From the NCBI GenBank assembly GCA_030704615.1, contig CM060732.1, positions 30,504,001 to 30,568,000 on the forward strand: a DNA stretch of 64,000 bases, read 5' to 3'. Source of the stretch: Takakia lepidozioides. Lineage: Eukaryota; Plantae; Bryophyta. The notes beneath the pieces are model-generated. The model was not told the DNA's origin. It made no database searches and saw only the letters and a program-made list of their open reading frames with translations. Shown piece after piece: positions 12,901 through 24,900 of this stretch; within the stretch, counting starts at the first letter, position 1, and each line of letters starts with the position of its first letter. The position numbers and the translations under genes were made by a program.

Positions 12901-15900
12901 GAACAGGAAGAACAATTATCACGTCCGCAGAGAGTCCCAAGAGCTTACAATAGCGTATGGAACAAACAAAGAAAACAAAAGAAAAAGGGTTAGATTGCTG
13001 TCTGAAGGGGGAGTTCCACATGAAGGTAATCTGTACTTCTCATCTTCATAAATAGACACTAGCTACAGGCAGTGTACTCTCCATAAGTGCTTTGTAGTCT
13101 CATATTTGAAATTCTTTGGAAGAAAAAGAACCATGGTGTTAACAAAGACTACATGGAGTAAGTCCTTTAGTGTCTAATATGTTCCCATCAAGAAACCACT
13201 GATGAGATTGTGATCATTAAATACCTTTAGGTTAAAAACCAGTTGCATACCTGAGTCTGGTTTGCGCCAGTTCGTGCTGAAAAATTGATGAACATGGGGA
13301 TAAACTGATTGTCCATATAATTAAGCATTTTGTCACGTATGACGAGAGTTTTACCAGTGCCCGTCTCACCCACGCATAGAATATGCTTATAGATCATGAG
13401 CAGGGCATGGATCACGTACTTGTAACCAACTGAGTCAGCTGTAGGGACGATAAGTTCTGCAAAGGGTTTCTTTGGATCACAAACAAAAGCTGGTATAGTA
13501 CTCATCCAATCATTCCATTCCAGATTCATATGATCAAAGCGGCATCCAAAAAGACTGCAGTCAGCAGGCGGCGGCAACTCTAGACTAACTGTAGCTAACA
13601 GTTCTTTCATCCATGTGTTGTATTTCAGTCGACCATCACTGTCACAGCTGGCACCAGCAGACCACACGATGGAGAAGATGAACACAGGTTCAATCACCTA
13701 CAATTGATCGAAGGAGATTGTTAAATAACAGCATTTCCATGCAATTGTATCCAAAAATCAGGCTCCCCTTGCTTTCAACGCTCCCCAAGGCAATATTTTG
13801 TTTTAGGGCACAGGTCCATACTTCATACCCATCTTTGCAACTTATGAGACATGTAGGGTCCAGGAGACCTTGTGCTAGGCAAAATTGACTTCAACTCCAT
13901 TTGTCCTCTCTTTCAAACATTTGAACAAGAAGTTGGATGTTAAGTTATCAAAAGAGAGCAAAAATTGGCATAGTGGAGGAATCAGTCAACCACATGCACT
14001 GTCAGTGGTGCGGACAGATGTCAGCCTCACATTAAATTACATGTCTTCCTCACCGTTGGGGGGCACCAAAAGTATTACGCTCTTTGCAACAGAGTGCACA
14101 GAGACCCTGGGTGCTCTAAATGCAAGCAGAACTGAAGCCCATGGAGTGCAGTAGAGGCTGTCAAGAGCAATTCATGGTTTCAAGGAGTGGAACCGCCTCT
14201 AGAAACTTAGTAAAATACTTTGATATTGATGGGCAATGCTACTTCCTCAAAAGCATTATAAACTTACCTTGCTCACGTGCTTCTTTTCATCTTCATTCAG
14301 GTCACTTCCTTCCCCTTTGATGTATGGAGCCATCAGACTGTCCATTATGTTGAAACAGGCCAAAACCATGTTATCCTCCGTGGTCGATACTGTTTGTTTG
14401 AGGACCTTCTTGACCATCCGGATAGCTGGTGCTGTGACTGTCTCAAACAGAGTGCGAATTCTTTTTTCCCCGCAGTCTTGTATAGCCTTGGGCAGCTTCA
14501 TGATATAGGAGTCCACGAGGGGTTGGAATCCACGGGCATGTGGCTCCATGTACACCATACCACATCTGCTCACAGTAGCCGGTGATGCCACTGCCAGATC
14601 CTCAACTTCAAACATCATGGTCATGGTGTTTGACATCTGAATGATCTCCCCGCTCACCAAGCAGAGCTTCTTGTTGTCGTCCAGGACCGTATTCTACATG
14701 ATCCGATAAATGATTTATCTCTTACCAGCTTTACACCAACAACTTAACAAACTTACTCCATACTAGTAACCAATACCTTCTAAGTGTGAAGTATGCTGCA
14801 TAAGCTGCACTTTGTGGGCTTCTCTCTGTAGCACTTTTTCACTACAGGAGAAAGCACATGCAGACAGTGTATGGCTTCAAAGTTTAGACACCTAAGGCAG
14901 GGAAAATTTCTCCTGGTTTGAATCTCCCCTCTACTGATGGAGTGTGTTTTCTTTATGGGCCCTTGTGGCCCTTCGCGGATGTTAAAAAGTATCACTTCAG
15001 TTCTTTCTTTCTATCAGGAGACATTCTTGGTTCTACATGACGATAGGATCTTGCGGCCTAATTACCAGTGCAGCTCTATCTACCTCTCTTCTAAGGGCAT
15101 TGGGGAGGTTCAGGATACAGTCTACAAAAAGAGACTGGTAGGTGGGAAAATCTGCAATGTACCGCCCTTGTCCTGCTTGCGGTGGAACTATAGGGAAATT
15201 GAAAGTGAAGAACATTTCTTATTTCACTGTCCTTTATACTGTGAGATCCATGGGAGGTTCAACCGTCTATTCCAAGATACCCAACCTCTCACGGACGTCT
15301 TCCCTTACGAGGATCAGAAATGCTTGGAATGAACCATTGATTCTTAGACACTCCCTTGAGCTATAGTTGCTTTTGGGCTGTTTGTGGCCCCATCCTCGTG
15401 TCCACAAGCTCTTTGAGCTTCCCGCGGACGTTACAAACCATTTCATAACATTTCATATCTTTCCTTTTTCTCTTCTTCTCTCTTCCACTTCTATCGAGAG
15501 ACATTCTTGGTGCTCCGCGATGATAGAATCTTGAGATCTTACCTTTCAGCACCCTTATCTCCTTCCCTCTTGAGGGCATTGGGGCGGTTCAGGGTGGGTT
15601 CCCACAACCTACGGATAGAGACTGGCAGATGGGAAAACCTGCAACGGGAGGACCGCCTATGTCCAGCTTGCATAGGGCGCAGCAAGGAAATTGAAACTGA
15701 AGAACACTTCTTCTTCTACTGCCCTCTATACTACGAGATCCGTGGGAGATTCCACTGTTTATTCAGTGGAACCCAAACTCTCACTGATGTCTTTCACTAT
15801 GAGGATCAAAAATGCGTGGCAGCCTACCTACACGAGGCCTTCACCCTTAGACAATCGCTAGAACATTAATTGTGGTTTCTGGATTTGTTCCTCTCTCATG

Positions 15901-18900
15901 TTTTCTTCCATTTTGTCCCATAAGCTCTACGAGCTTTCCGCGGATGTTATAAAGCACCATTTCATTTCATTTCATTTCTCTTCTACTATAGAACCTTCAG
16001 ATGCATCTTTCTTTTCTTTGGGCTTCCCTCAGATTTAGTAAAGTTTCTTACTTTTTCTTTCCTTCTCTTCTCCTTTTATCTGTTCATGGACACATGAAGA
16101 TTCCCTCCTCTCTCAGGGCCCTGAATGGCCCTTGTTATTAAGTTAAATTTTCTTTCATTCCTCTTCCTGGATTTATAAAGCTCCTTTTCTCTATATCTTT
16201 TTTTCACTATACACCCCTTAAGAACTGACACTGACTCAATTTTGTTCTGCCCAAACTGGGTGTGGGTATATGGCCGCAAGGCTACAGCAAACAACATCTT
16301 ATGAGTACATTCTTTGACTCAATTATCACTCGCACTGCCCCCTATGGCTGGAAGATTTTGGGTCCTGCTTGCTGTGGAGGAACAAATAGGTTTCAACAGG
16401 GAATGATTGGACCATAGCCAGGAAAACATATGAACCGTTTCTTGGGTTGTATTTTTGCAGTTTACATATTACAAACCCTTTGTTACAATCCATCCCCAAG
16501 GCTAGTATACAAGACAGAGTAGACGAACATACATGTGTTGAGCACTGGCTCTGTCCATATCACAGAAGCAACAGGATGAGAGTGCTCCTACCATGTTCTC
16601 AATCCAGATGGCATCCACAGGCCCATCAAACATTAGCCACTTCTTGGAAGTTGATGTGTCCTCGACAAGCTCTCTCATGTAGCATGCCAACACCCCATCA
16701 GTCCACTCATGTGTGTTTTCATCGAAGTCACCATACAGCTGTCCCATAGAAATTGACTTGGGATTCAAGCATGCTGTTCGGACCTGGCCAAAATGCACTT
16801 CATATCATGTCATTTGCAGTTACCAGCTCCTTGTTACAGCAGATTCTTGATGCCTCTCCATTTCCTTGTTGTTGTTTGGTCAGGTTATCGATCAATTAGC
16901 AGTGATAAAGCTCAAGAAGAGGTTGGAGAAGAAGGGTGTAGCATCCACAGAATTGACTAAGATGTGCAAATTTCTTGTTCCCCCTTCTATGATTCTGACG
17001 CCCCTCACCTCAAAGAGCTAGGACAACATACATCCAATGATCTGCAGTACAGGGTAATGAATCACAATGGGTAGTGGTAATTTCCAGTTGCTCATGTATC
17101 CGTCTCAGGCAGGAACCAGTATTCCAGAGGTTTTAGCATACCATAGGCCACCCAGATATCCGATTTCGAGTCTGGCGATTACAGTGGTCTGGCAAGTCTG
17201 CGTCAGCTACAAAAGTTTGCAGGGCTTTTTCTGAATTCCCCAAAAAGTACCCTTCACCAATCATCCCCATGCCGCTGGTTGACAGCCGAGGGTAATCTCA
17301 AACCAGGAACACCTAAATGGGACAACAAGGCCCCAACCACTGGGCTGCAGCTCTAAGCTCCTTTAGTATCTATAGTTGAATCTAGAGCTTGACATTGAAC
17401 TGCTAAACCATTTAGGCATATATCTGACCTCTTCCATATCCTGCAAACACACCAAACTTGAAGGGTGGAGATAGTACGCACCTTTTCATACTTCACAGAT
17501 CCCTCAAAATTCAATAGAGACATTGCCCCAGCAAGGGCCCGGTAATTACATGTCTTGCCACCCCCTGTGGGTCCCACAAGCATCAGACCATGCCTCACCA
17601 AGGTTGTCTCATACAGCTGGATAATCTGGTCAATAACAATTCCAACCTGCCCATGTTTGAGACAGCAATTTGGAATACGGGACTTCATCATTTTCAACCC
17701 ATCCTCCCTGTCACAAAGTGAACAGCCAGTGCCACAAAGAATGGGCAACTAGGGGGCTGGCAGTTCATCAGTAAGAAGCCCCTCCTATAGGGTCTAGATT
17801 AAGGCCTTTACTGAGAACAGATGTTGAGAAGTATGAAGACATTCCAAGGTGAATACAGACCCTGAAGACCTGAAATGAGGTTGGGAAGTTTACCTTGACA
17901 ATGAAGGTCTCTACGGGTTGAATTAACATATCTTTGCATATTCGGGAAAGTGCATCCAGAAGATCATCATAAACGATTTCAGGAGGCTCTACTCCTGGAA
18001 AAAGATCCGTAATAATACCCGCAAAAAGTGGCAAGTCCTGACTCAAAAACTTGGGAACATTAATGTCCCTAAGACCACGCAGCAGCAACACATCCTCATC
18101 TTCGTCAGGATATGCACGCTTTAAATTTCCAGCGGCCACAATAACGCTCTTGACTGCCCTCATGCCATAGTCATAGTGATCCTGCCAGGAAAGGTTATGT
18201 TTTGTTCAAGGGCAACTCAGTCTTTGTATTCTGCAGAGCTGGACATCTCTCTTTCTTCTCTTTCTTAATAGGTTACAAGCCCTTCCACCCAAGGGGCTCG
18301 TGGCAAGAGCCCTCGCAACATCTATTAGGCTCCTTTCTTATGCCAAAGTAGAATTAGGACTTTGTGCCTTCCACTATCTGCTAGTACATGGTCTATGAAG
18401 ACAGAAAGGAGAACGCTACGTCCATGCAGGTTCCTAATGAACCAACATTACATTTGATGGAGAAAAATCCCTGATATCTTGTGCTAGGCCCTGGAGCACC
18501 TTCTACATGGATCCAGTCAGTGTACATTGATCTTTCGCATGGTCTACTGTAGCCAATGCCTTGTGTCAGAACTAGGAAACCTGAAATGAGAGTAAAGTTA
18601 GTACCAACCACTTGACTCTTGATTAAGTTGAGTCAGTGGTACTTCCAGCCGCTTGACTGTAAAAAATAGAATCAGTGGTAATGTTCTATGAGCAGCTAAT
18701 ATGCTCCATATGAACAAGGGAGTATGAGAGAAACAGTACTTCAGTTGCACTCTTCTGACCAAGACAGGCCTCTAGAATTTCTTCTTGGCTCTATCATTTT
18801 GTGGTACCAGTGGCGTTGGGTTGCTGAAGATGTCGCACCCCCTTCCTACACAGACACTTCAGGTGGTGGTGGCTATCTACTCCTATGACTCCCTTGCACG

Positions 18901-21900
18901 GTTGTACCCAAGTGAGGCTTATGCTCTGATAGTGGACATTATACTTAACTAAGTTCATTATGGAAAGCTACAGCATGCAAGAGGGCCTGCCATTCACCTC
19001 GCACATCATATACTTGTCGTGTTTTTTGGGACGGGTGCAGGTGAGGGCCTCTCTTCTTCTATGAATTGTTGGGTTGGATATGGAATTGTCTTGCAGAAAT
19101 GAGAAGGCTGCTTAATGGTAGTGAACAACCAATGTTATAGTGCCACTACCTATGAGAGGTTCAGGAAAGAATAACAGGGGGTTGCCCTCTCCAGGGATCT
19201 AACCTATACTCTGAGATTTTTCCAATCTGCTAGATTAGTCATATAGTGCATGGTCACTATATATCACCATGAGGAATGTTATGTTCATGAGCTCATTTTC
19301 AGAACCTCAGCTGTCCAAGCTGAGCTCTTTATGCGTGGTAAGTTTGAAATGACTTGATAGGGGTGTTGTTTAAAACAAAGTACAAGACAATGCTGCTTGA
19401 CCTGTGGAGGTTTAGAAGCTAATGTTAGTAAATGTGCAGTGGTGGCATTCAACGACAGTGGGGAGGGAGGAAGGGATCTCAAATGGAAATGGGGAGTTGA
19501 AGAGATCCCTGTACTCCCTTCCTACACATATCTTGGTGTTGATTTTTCCTCCACCTGTAACTGGGATGCACATATACCGAAAGAACTCAATCAGCTAAAT
19601 GCAAAGCCTTGGGTCTCACTAAATTTTCCCACTGCAGAGTGGGGAAGAGACAACAAAGAAAACCCCAAAAACTTCATAGCCAATACGTAGATTTTGGGAA
19701 AAGAAGAAACATTATGGCACGACCACAGCTAGATACACACCTGAGAAGAAAGTTGCTCCGAACACAACTTGAATGTTGTAACCATTTTTCGAGCAAGAGA
19801 TTTGGCTTGCCGGAAACCAAATGAGAAAAGACTTATTTCCCCAATCAGAGCGTAGTCAGGAACCATCATAGCACATGGCCTGAACAATGCCTTCAAATTA
19901 TCAGGAAGCTCTGACCGTCCTGCATATCTGCAAGGAGCATGCACTTTATGAAACGTCAAGAACTTGGCAACTAAAAGTGAATGCAAAAGTGCACAGTTGT
20001 TGGGTCCCTTGGTCTTGGGTTTAGGAGGTTTGCATGAGACCAGTTGACACTTGATACTGGATATTCATCATATGCCCAAGCACACAATGTTGAGAAGAAA
20101 AGAGGGTGAAAACAAATGAAATGATATTTCAAACCATCCACGGAAAGCTCAAAGAGCTTATGAGAGAAAGGTTATCGGACTCTTGCGTACCCAGGATTCA
20201 TTGTGATATAGACAGAGCAGGAAGGTTCCAAAGATATCTCTGTGTCTTCAAATATAAAACGTTTAAGCTTTTGCTGGATGGCCAACTGAATGGTGAGGAT
20301 CTGCTGGGCAATTACCGACAAGACTTCTAGATCAATGCGATTGAACTCGTCAAAGCAGGCCCATGCTCCACTACTGGCCAATCCCTTGAAAAACTTGCCC
20401 ATAGCAAGGTAGTCCAACCCGTCTGAGCAATTGAACACCACACACTGCTTCGCCATAGCCTGCCATGCCTCCCATAACGCTCTGGTAAGGTGCAAGTGCC
20501 AGCTTCAATTACCTTTTATAACATGCCATGTTAATATCACCACCTAAAACGAATAGTCCATCCTCGGCGTTCCGAGGGAAGAAGGAAGCATGAAAGAGTA
20601 AGATAGGGAAATTGAGCCTTTTTCCTGCAGAACCATGGTACTTCAATGCATTAGCCACGCCAGGGCTTTTGTGAACAGCATTACAATTGCCTTATGTTCC
20701 TATTTCACAAAAATTGCAGTCAGACACATGGTAGGAGCAAGAACTGCCTCTTAATGACACATGCCCGAGGGCCTTACGTATTTCAGACAGTAGATTCACA
20801 ATATCCACAAGTTCAATGAAAAGCAGTAGATGAGCCCCTTTGTGGCCCCAGATACATGTTTGAAACAACCTTAACATATATGTAAAACTTTATCAGAGCA
20901 AACCAATAAATCACATGCCTAATGTTTACAGACCTTGGCCAAATCCTTAGTTGTCTCAGTCTTTCCTGTACCAGCAGGACCAGCAGGAGCTCCCCCTAAG
21001 TTGAGATGAAGGGCACCCATGAGAGTCATGTAGCAACGATCAGTCAAAGGAGTGATCACAAGGCGAGGTGTGTTGCCCAGATACTCATAGCCATAAGACA
21101 ATGATGCCTGGACCATCTTAACCCATAGGCCTTCATTCTCCCAGTAGTACCGCAATTGGCTGACCCACTCAAAATCTGTCACTGCTCTTGTCTGGTCAAA
21201 ACACAGTGTGTCTCAGTCTACAAATAAAGGAAGAAAGTGTTAGAAGTCAGCTCAGATTTCGTTAGCTAGGGTTCTGTTAGGGTTTTTTGACAGCTAGGGA
21301 TAGTTCTACCAGAAGGTTCCAGCCACCAGAAGTTTCTAGAGAACTCATGTAGGATTTAAGGGAAAGGCTGAGGCAATGCCCAGCACTTCTTCTAGCATTT
21401 TGGATGTGCTATCCTAGTAGATTGCAGAGAGAGGAGGAGGAGAAGTCCAGCATCTACTTTTGTAAGTTCTTTCTTTTGCAGTAAGGTGCATTCTTGTTAG
21501 GACTGACACTTGTTGTTAGTACTAACTCTTTGGTTGGTTTAGGCTGTCAGTTTTTGTACTGCTGCTTGTGCTAGAAGCTATCTGTCAATATCTCTAGGAG
21601 GTAGAGGACAGGTCTAGTTTCCAACAGGTTATGGGCCCACAAGACGTTACAACTACTTGGACAGTTGAGCCACTGGATGGCAACAACTATAAGAGTTGGA
21701 TCTACACGATGCAGCTCCTGCTCTCTTCAAAGAGCCTATGGTCAGTAGTGGCTAAAACGCCTTCAGAGGATAACCTGAAGGAGGAGAGATGGATCCAAAA
21801 GAATGAGCTTGCAATGGCAACTCTGGTCACAAACATGAGATCAAAGCTGGTAGTTTTGGTAAGGAATCTTACAACTGCTCATGAGGTCTGGCAGACCTTA

Positions 21901-24900
21901 AGTGAGGTGTATGAGGCAGATGCGATGGGGAAAGCATATGTCCTATGGAAACAGCTCATGGACTTGAGAATGAGAGAAGGTGAGAGTGTAGCCATTCACA
22001 TTGCCACTGTTAAAGCCATGTGTCTGGAGATAATTGATGCGGGAGAACCCATGACTGAATCACTTCAGATCATGACCTTGTTTGGCACCTTGCCAAAGAG
22101 TTATGACATGGTGGAAACTGCATCGGCTACTCATGGTAAGAGTAGACTGAGTTGGAAGTATGTCACTTCACAACTCATCATGGAAGAAAGCAAGCTGACT
22201 AGGGGTAGCTCAAGTATGGACAATGCCCTGACGGCTACTTCCATCGAGAAAGATGGAGCATGTTTCCGATGCGGCAAATTTGGGCATTTCCAGAAGGACT
22301 GCAAGGTGAAGATTGACAAGCCCAAGAAGGACAAGTGGAGACCAAGGAAAGGGAAGTCTGTACATGCACATGTCGCTGACATGGGCAACGACAGTGAAGT
22401 TCACCTGTTTATGGCAGATGCAGCTTACAGTCGTGATGAAGACTATCTGCTGACTACTGAAGGAGAACACTGTGGAGATGAGTGGTATTTGGACTCTGGA
22501 GCTACTAACCACATGTGTGGGAGGAAGGAGTTGTTTCACAACTTGAAACCCATTCAGCCTAGGAGCGTAAAGATGGGCAACAAGACGTTTTCTGTAAGTA
22601 CGATGATGGGAGAAATCCCTGTCAACTTTATCAGAAAAGAGAGTAAGGTTACCCGTTGTACCCTTCAGAAAGTCCTATATGTGCCAGACTTGGCAAAGAA
22701 TCTGATCTCTGTTAGTACCTTGGATGAGCTTGGGTATGATGTCATTTTCAGAAACAATGCTTGCAGCATCCAGAAGGGCAACGAGGAACTCTGCTATGGA
22801 GTGAAGGAGCAGAGACTCTACAAGCTTTTGAGTACATCTGGAACTCAGGAGGAGGCCAATGTTGGGGACACAATGGACACTGCACCATTGTGGCATAGAA
22901 GGTTGGGTCACTTGGGGACACAAGCGATCAAGGATCTTCAAAAGTTGGCGCTGGGGCTGAATGTGGACTGGTCACATGAGCTACAGTTCTGTGAAGGATC
23001 TGCTAAAGGGAAACAGCACAAGTCATCAATGCCCAAGGAATCTGCCACAAGAGCCAAGGAGAGGCTGGAGTTGATACACACAGATGTGTGTGGCCCCATG
23101 AAGACAACATCGCTGGGAGGATCTAGGTACTTTATCACCTTCACTGATGACATGAGTAGAAAGACTTTCTTATATCCCTTGAGAGAGAAAGGTCAAGTGC
23201 TGCAGGTTTTTAAGCAATTTGTGCATGAAGTAGAAAACCAGCTGGACCTCAAAGTCAAGGTTCTAAGGAGCGATGGTGGGGGGGAATTCCTAAATCAGGA
23301 ATTCAAGCTATCTTGCTGAGAAAGGCATAAAGAGCCAAGTAACAGCAAGGGACAGTCCAGCCCAGAATGGAGTGGCAGAGAGATTAAACAGAACACTGGT
23401 TGAGAAGGCTAGATGTATGCCACAGACCTCAGGCCTTGGACCAGAGTTTTGGGGAGAGGCGATCAGCACTGCCACCTATCTGAAAAATTTGAGTCCCACG
23501 CGAGCTTTGAAAGACACGACTCCAGAGGAGGCATGGAGTGGGAAGAAGCCAAACCTGAAGCATCTAAGAGTTTTTGGTTGTGCTGCTTATGCATTGATAC
23601 CTGACGAGCAAAGGAGCAAGTTGGATGCCAAGTCAGAAAGATGTATCTTAATTGGGTATGATCTGGGTTGCAAGGGGTACAAGGTCTACAATCCTAGAAC
23701 CAAGAGGTCAATCAGGAGTAGAGATGTCCTGTTTGATGAGGATAATTTTGGGAAGGAGACAAAGCCCAAGGACCTGTCCGTTCCTGTGATAATCCCTGAT
23801 GTGGGAGAAAAAGAAAGGGAACAACCAGTACTAAAGGTTTACACTCGAAGGGAGAAGGTGGCGAAGAAACCAGAAGAGGATGAAGATTCTGAAGATCGGG
23901 ATCCTATTGACAAGGATGGGGGGCCTAGAAGGTCAGGAAGGATCAGCAACCCCCAGAAAGGTTTGGAGCTAATGTGGCAGAAGGACTGACTGGTCTGACT
24001 ATGGATGACATAGGGCAGATGGAAAGTTGTTTCCATGCCCTTGATGATGCAGAGGAGCCAGCCACCCTCAATGACGCTTTGGCAAGGGATGATGCCAATG
24101 AGTGGGAGGGAGCTGTACTAGAGGAGATGAAATCTCTGAAAAAAAACCAGACTTGGGAGCTGGTAACACTGCCTGGTGGTAGAAAGGCGGTAGATTGCAA
24201 GTGGGTTTTCAAAGTGAAAAGAGGACCCAACAATGAGATAGTGAAGTACAAGGCCAAACTTGTGGCCAAAGGTTTCACACAGACTGCAGGGCTTGACTAC
24301 AATGAAACTTTTGCCCCGGTGGCAAAGTTCACCTCCATCCGATGTTTACTGGCATTGGCAGCGAAGCATGACTGGGAGATAGAACACATGGACGTGAAGA
24401 CTGCATTCTTGAATGGGGATCTCCAGGAGGAGATCTACATGAAACAACCAGAAGGCTTCCAAGAAGGTGATAAGGTGTGTCGGCTCAAGAAATCGTTATA
24501 TGGACTCAAACAGGCATCGAGGACATGGTATGAGAAGATCAATAGCACCTTGACAGGCCAAGGTTTTGTATGGAGTACCAGCTGATCAGAGCATTTACTA
24601 CATGACATCAGGTGTCATGATAATAGCACTCTATGTGGATGATCTGCTACTGATCAGCGACAACAAGGATACCATGCGCAGGCAGAAGCATAATTTGAGT
24701 GAAACCTTTGAGATGGTTCATCTTGGAGCCGTGAACTACCTACTTGGAATTCAGATTCTGAGGGACAGGAAGGCGAGAACTATAAAGTTGAGCCAAGAGA
24801 GGTATGTCAGGAATGTTGTTGTGAAGTTTGGTATGCAGGACTGCAAACCAGCACCAACACCATTGGAAACCGGCTGCAAGCTGAGTAAGGAAATGGAGCC

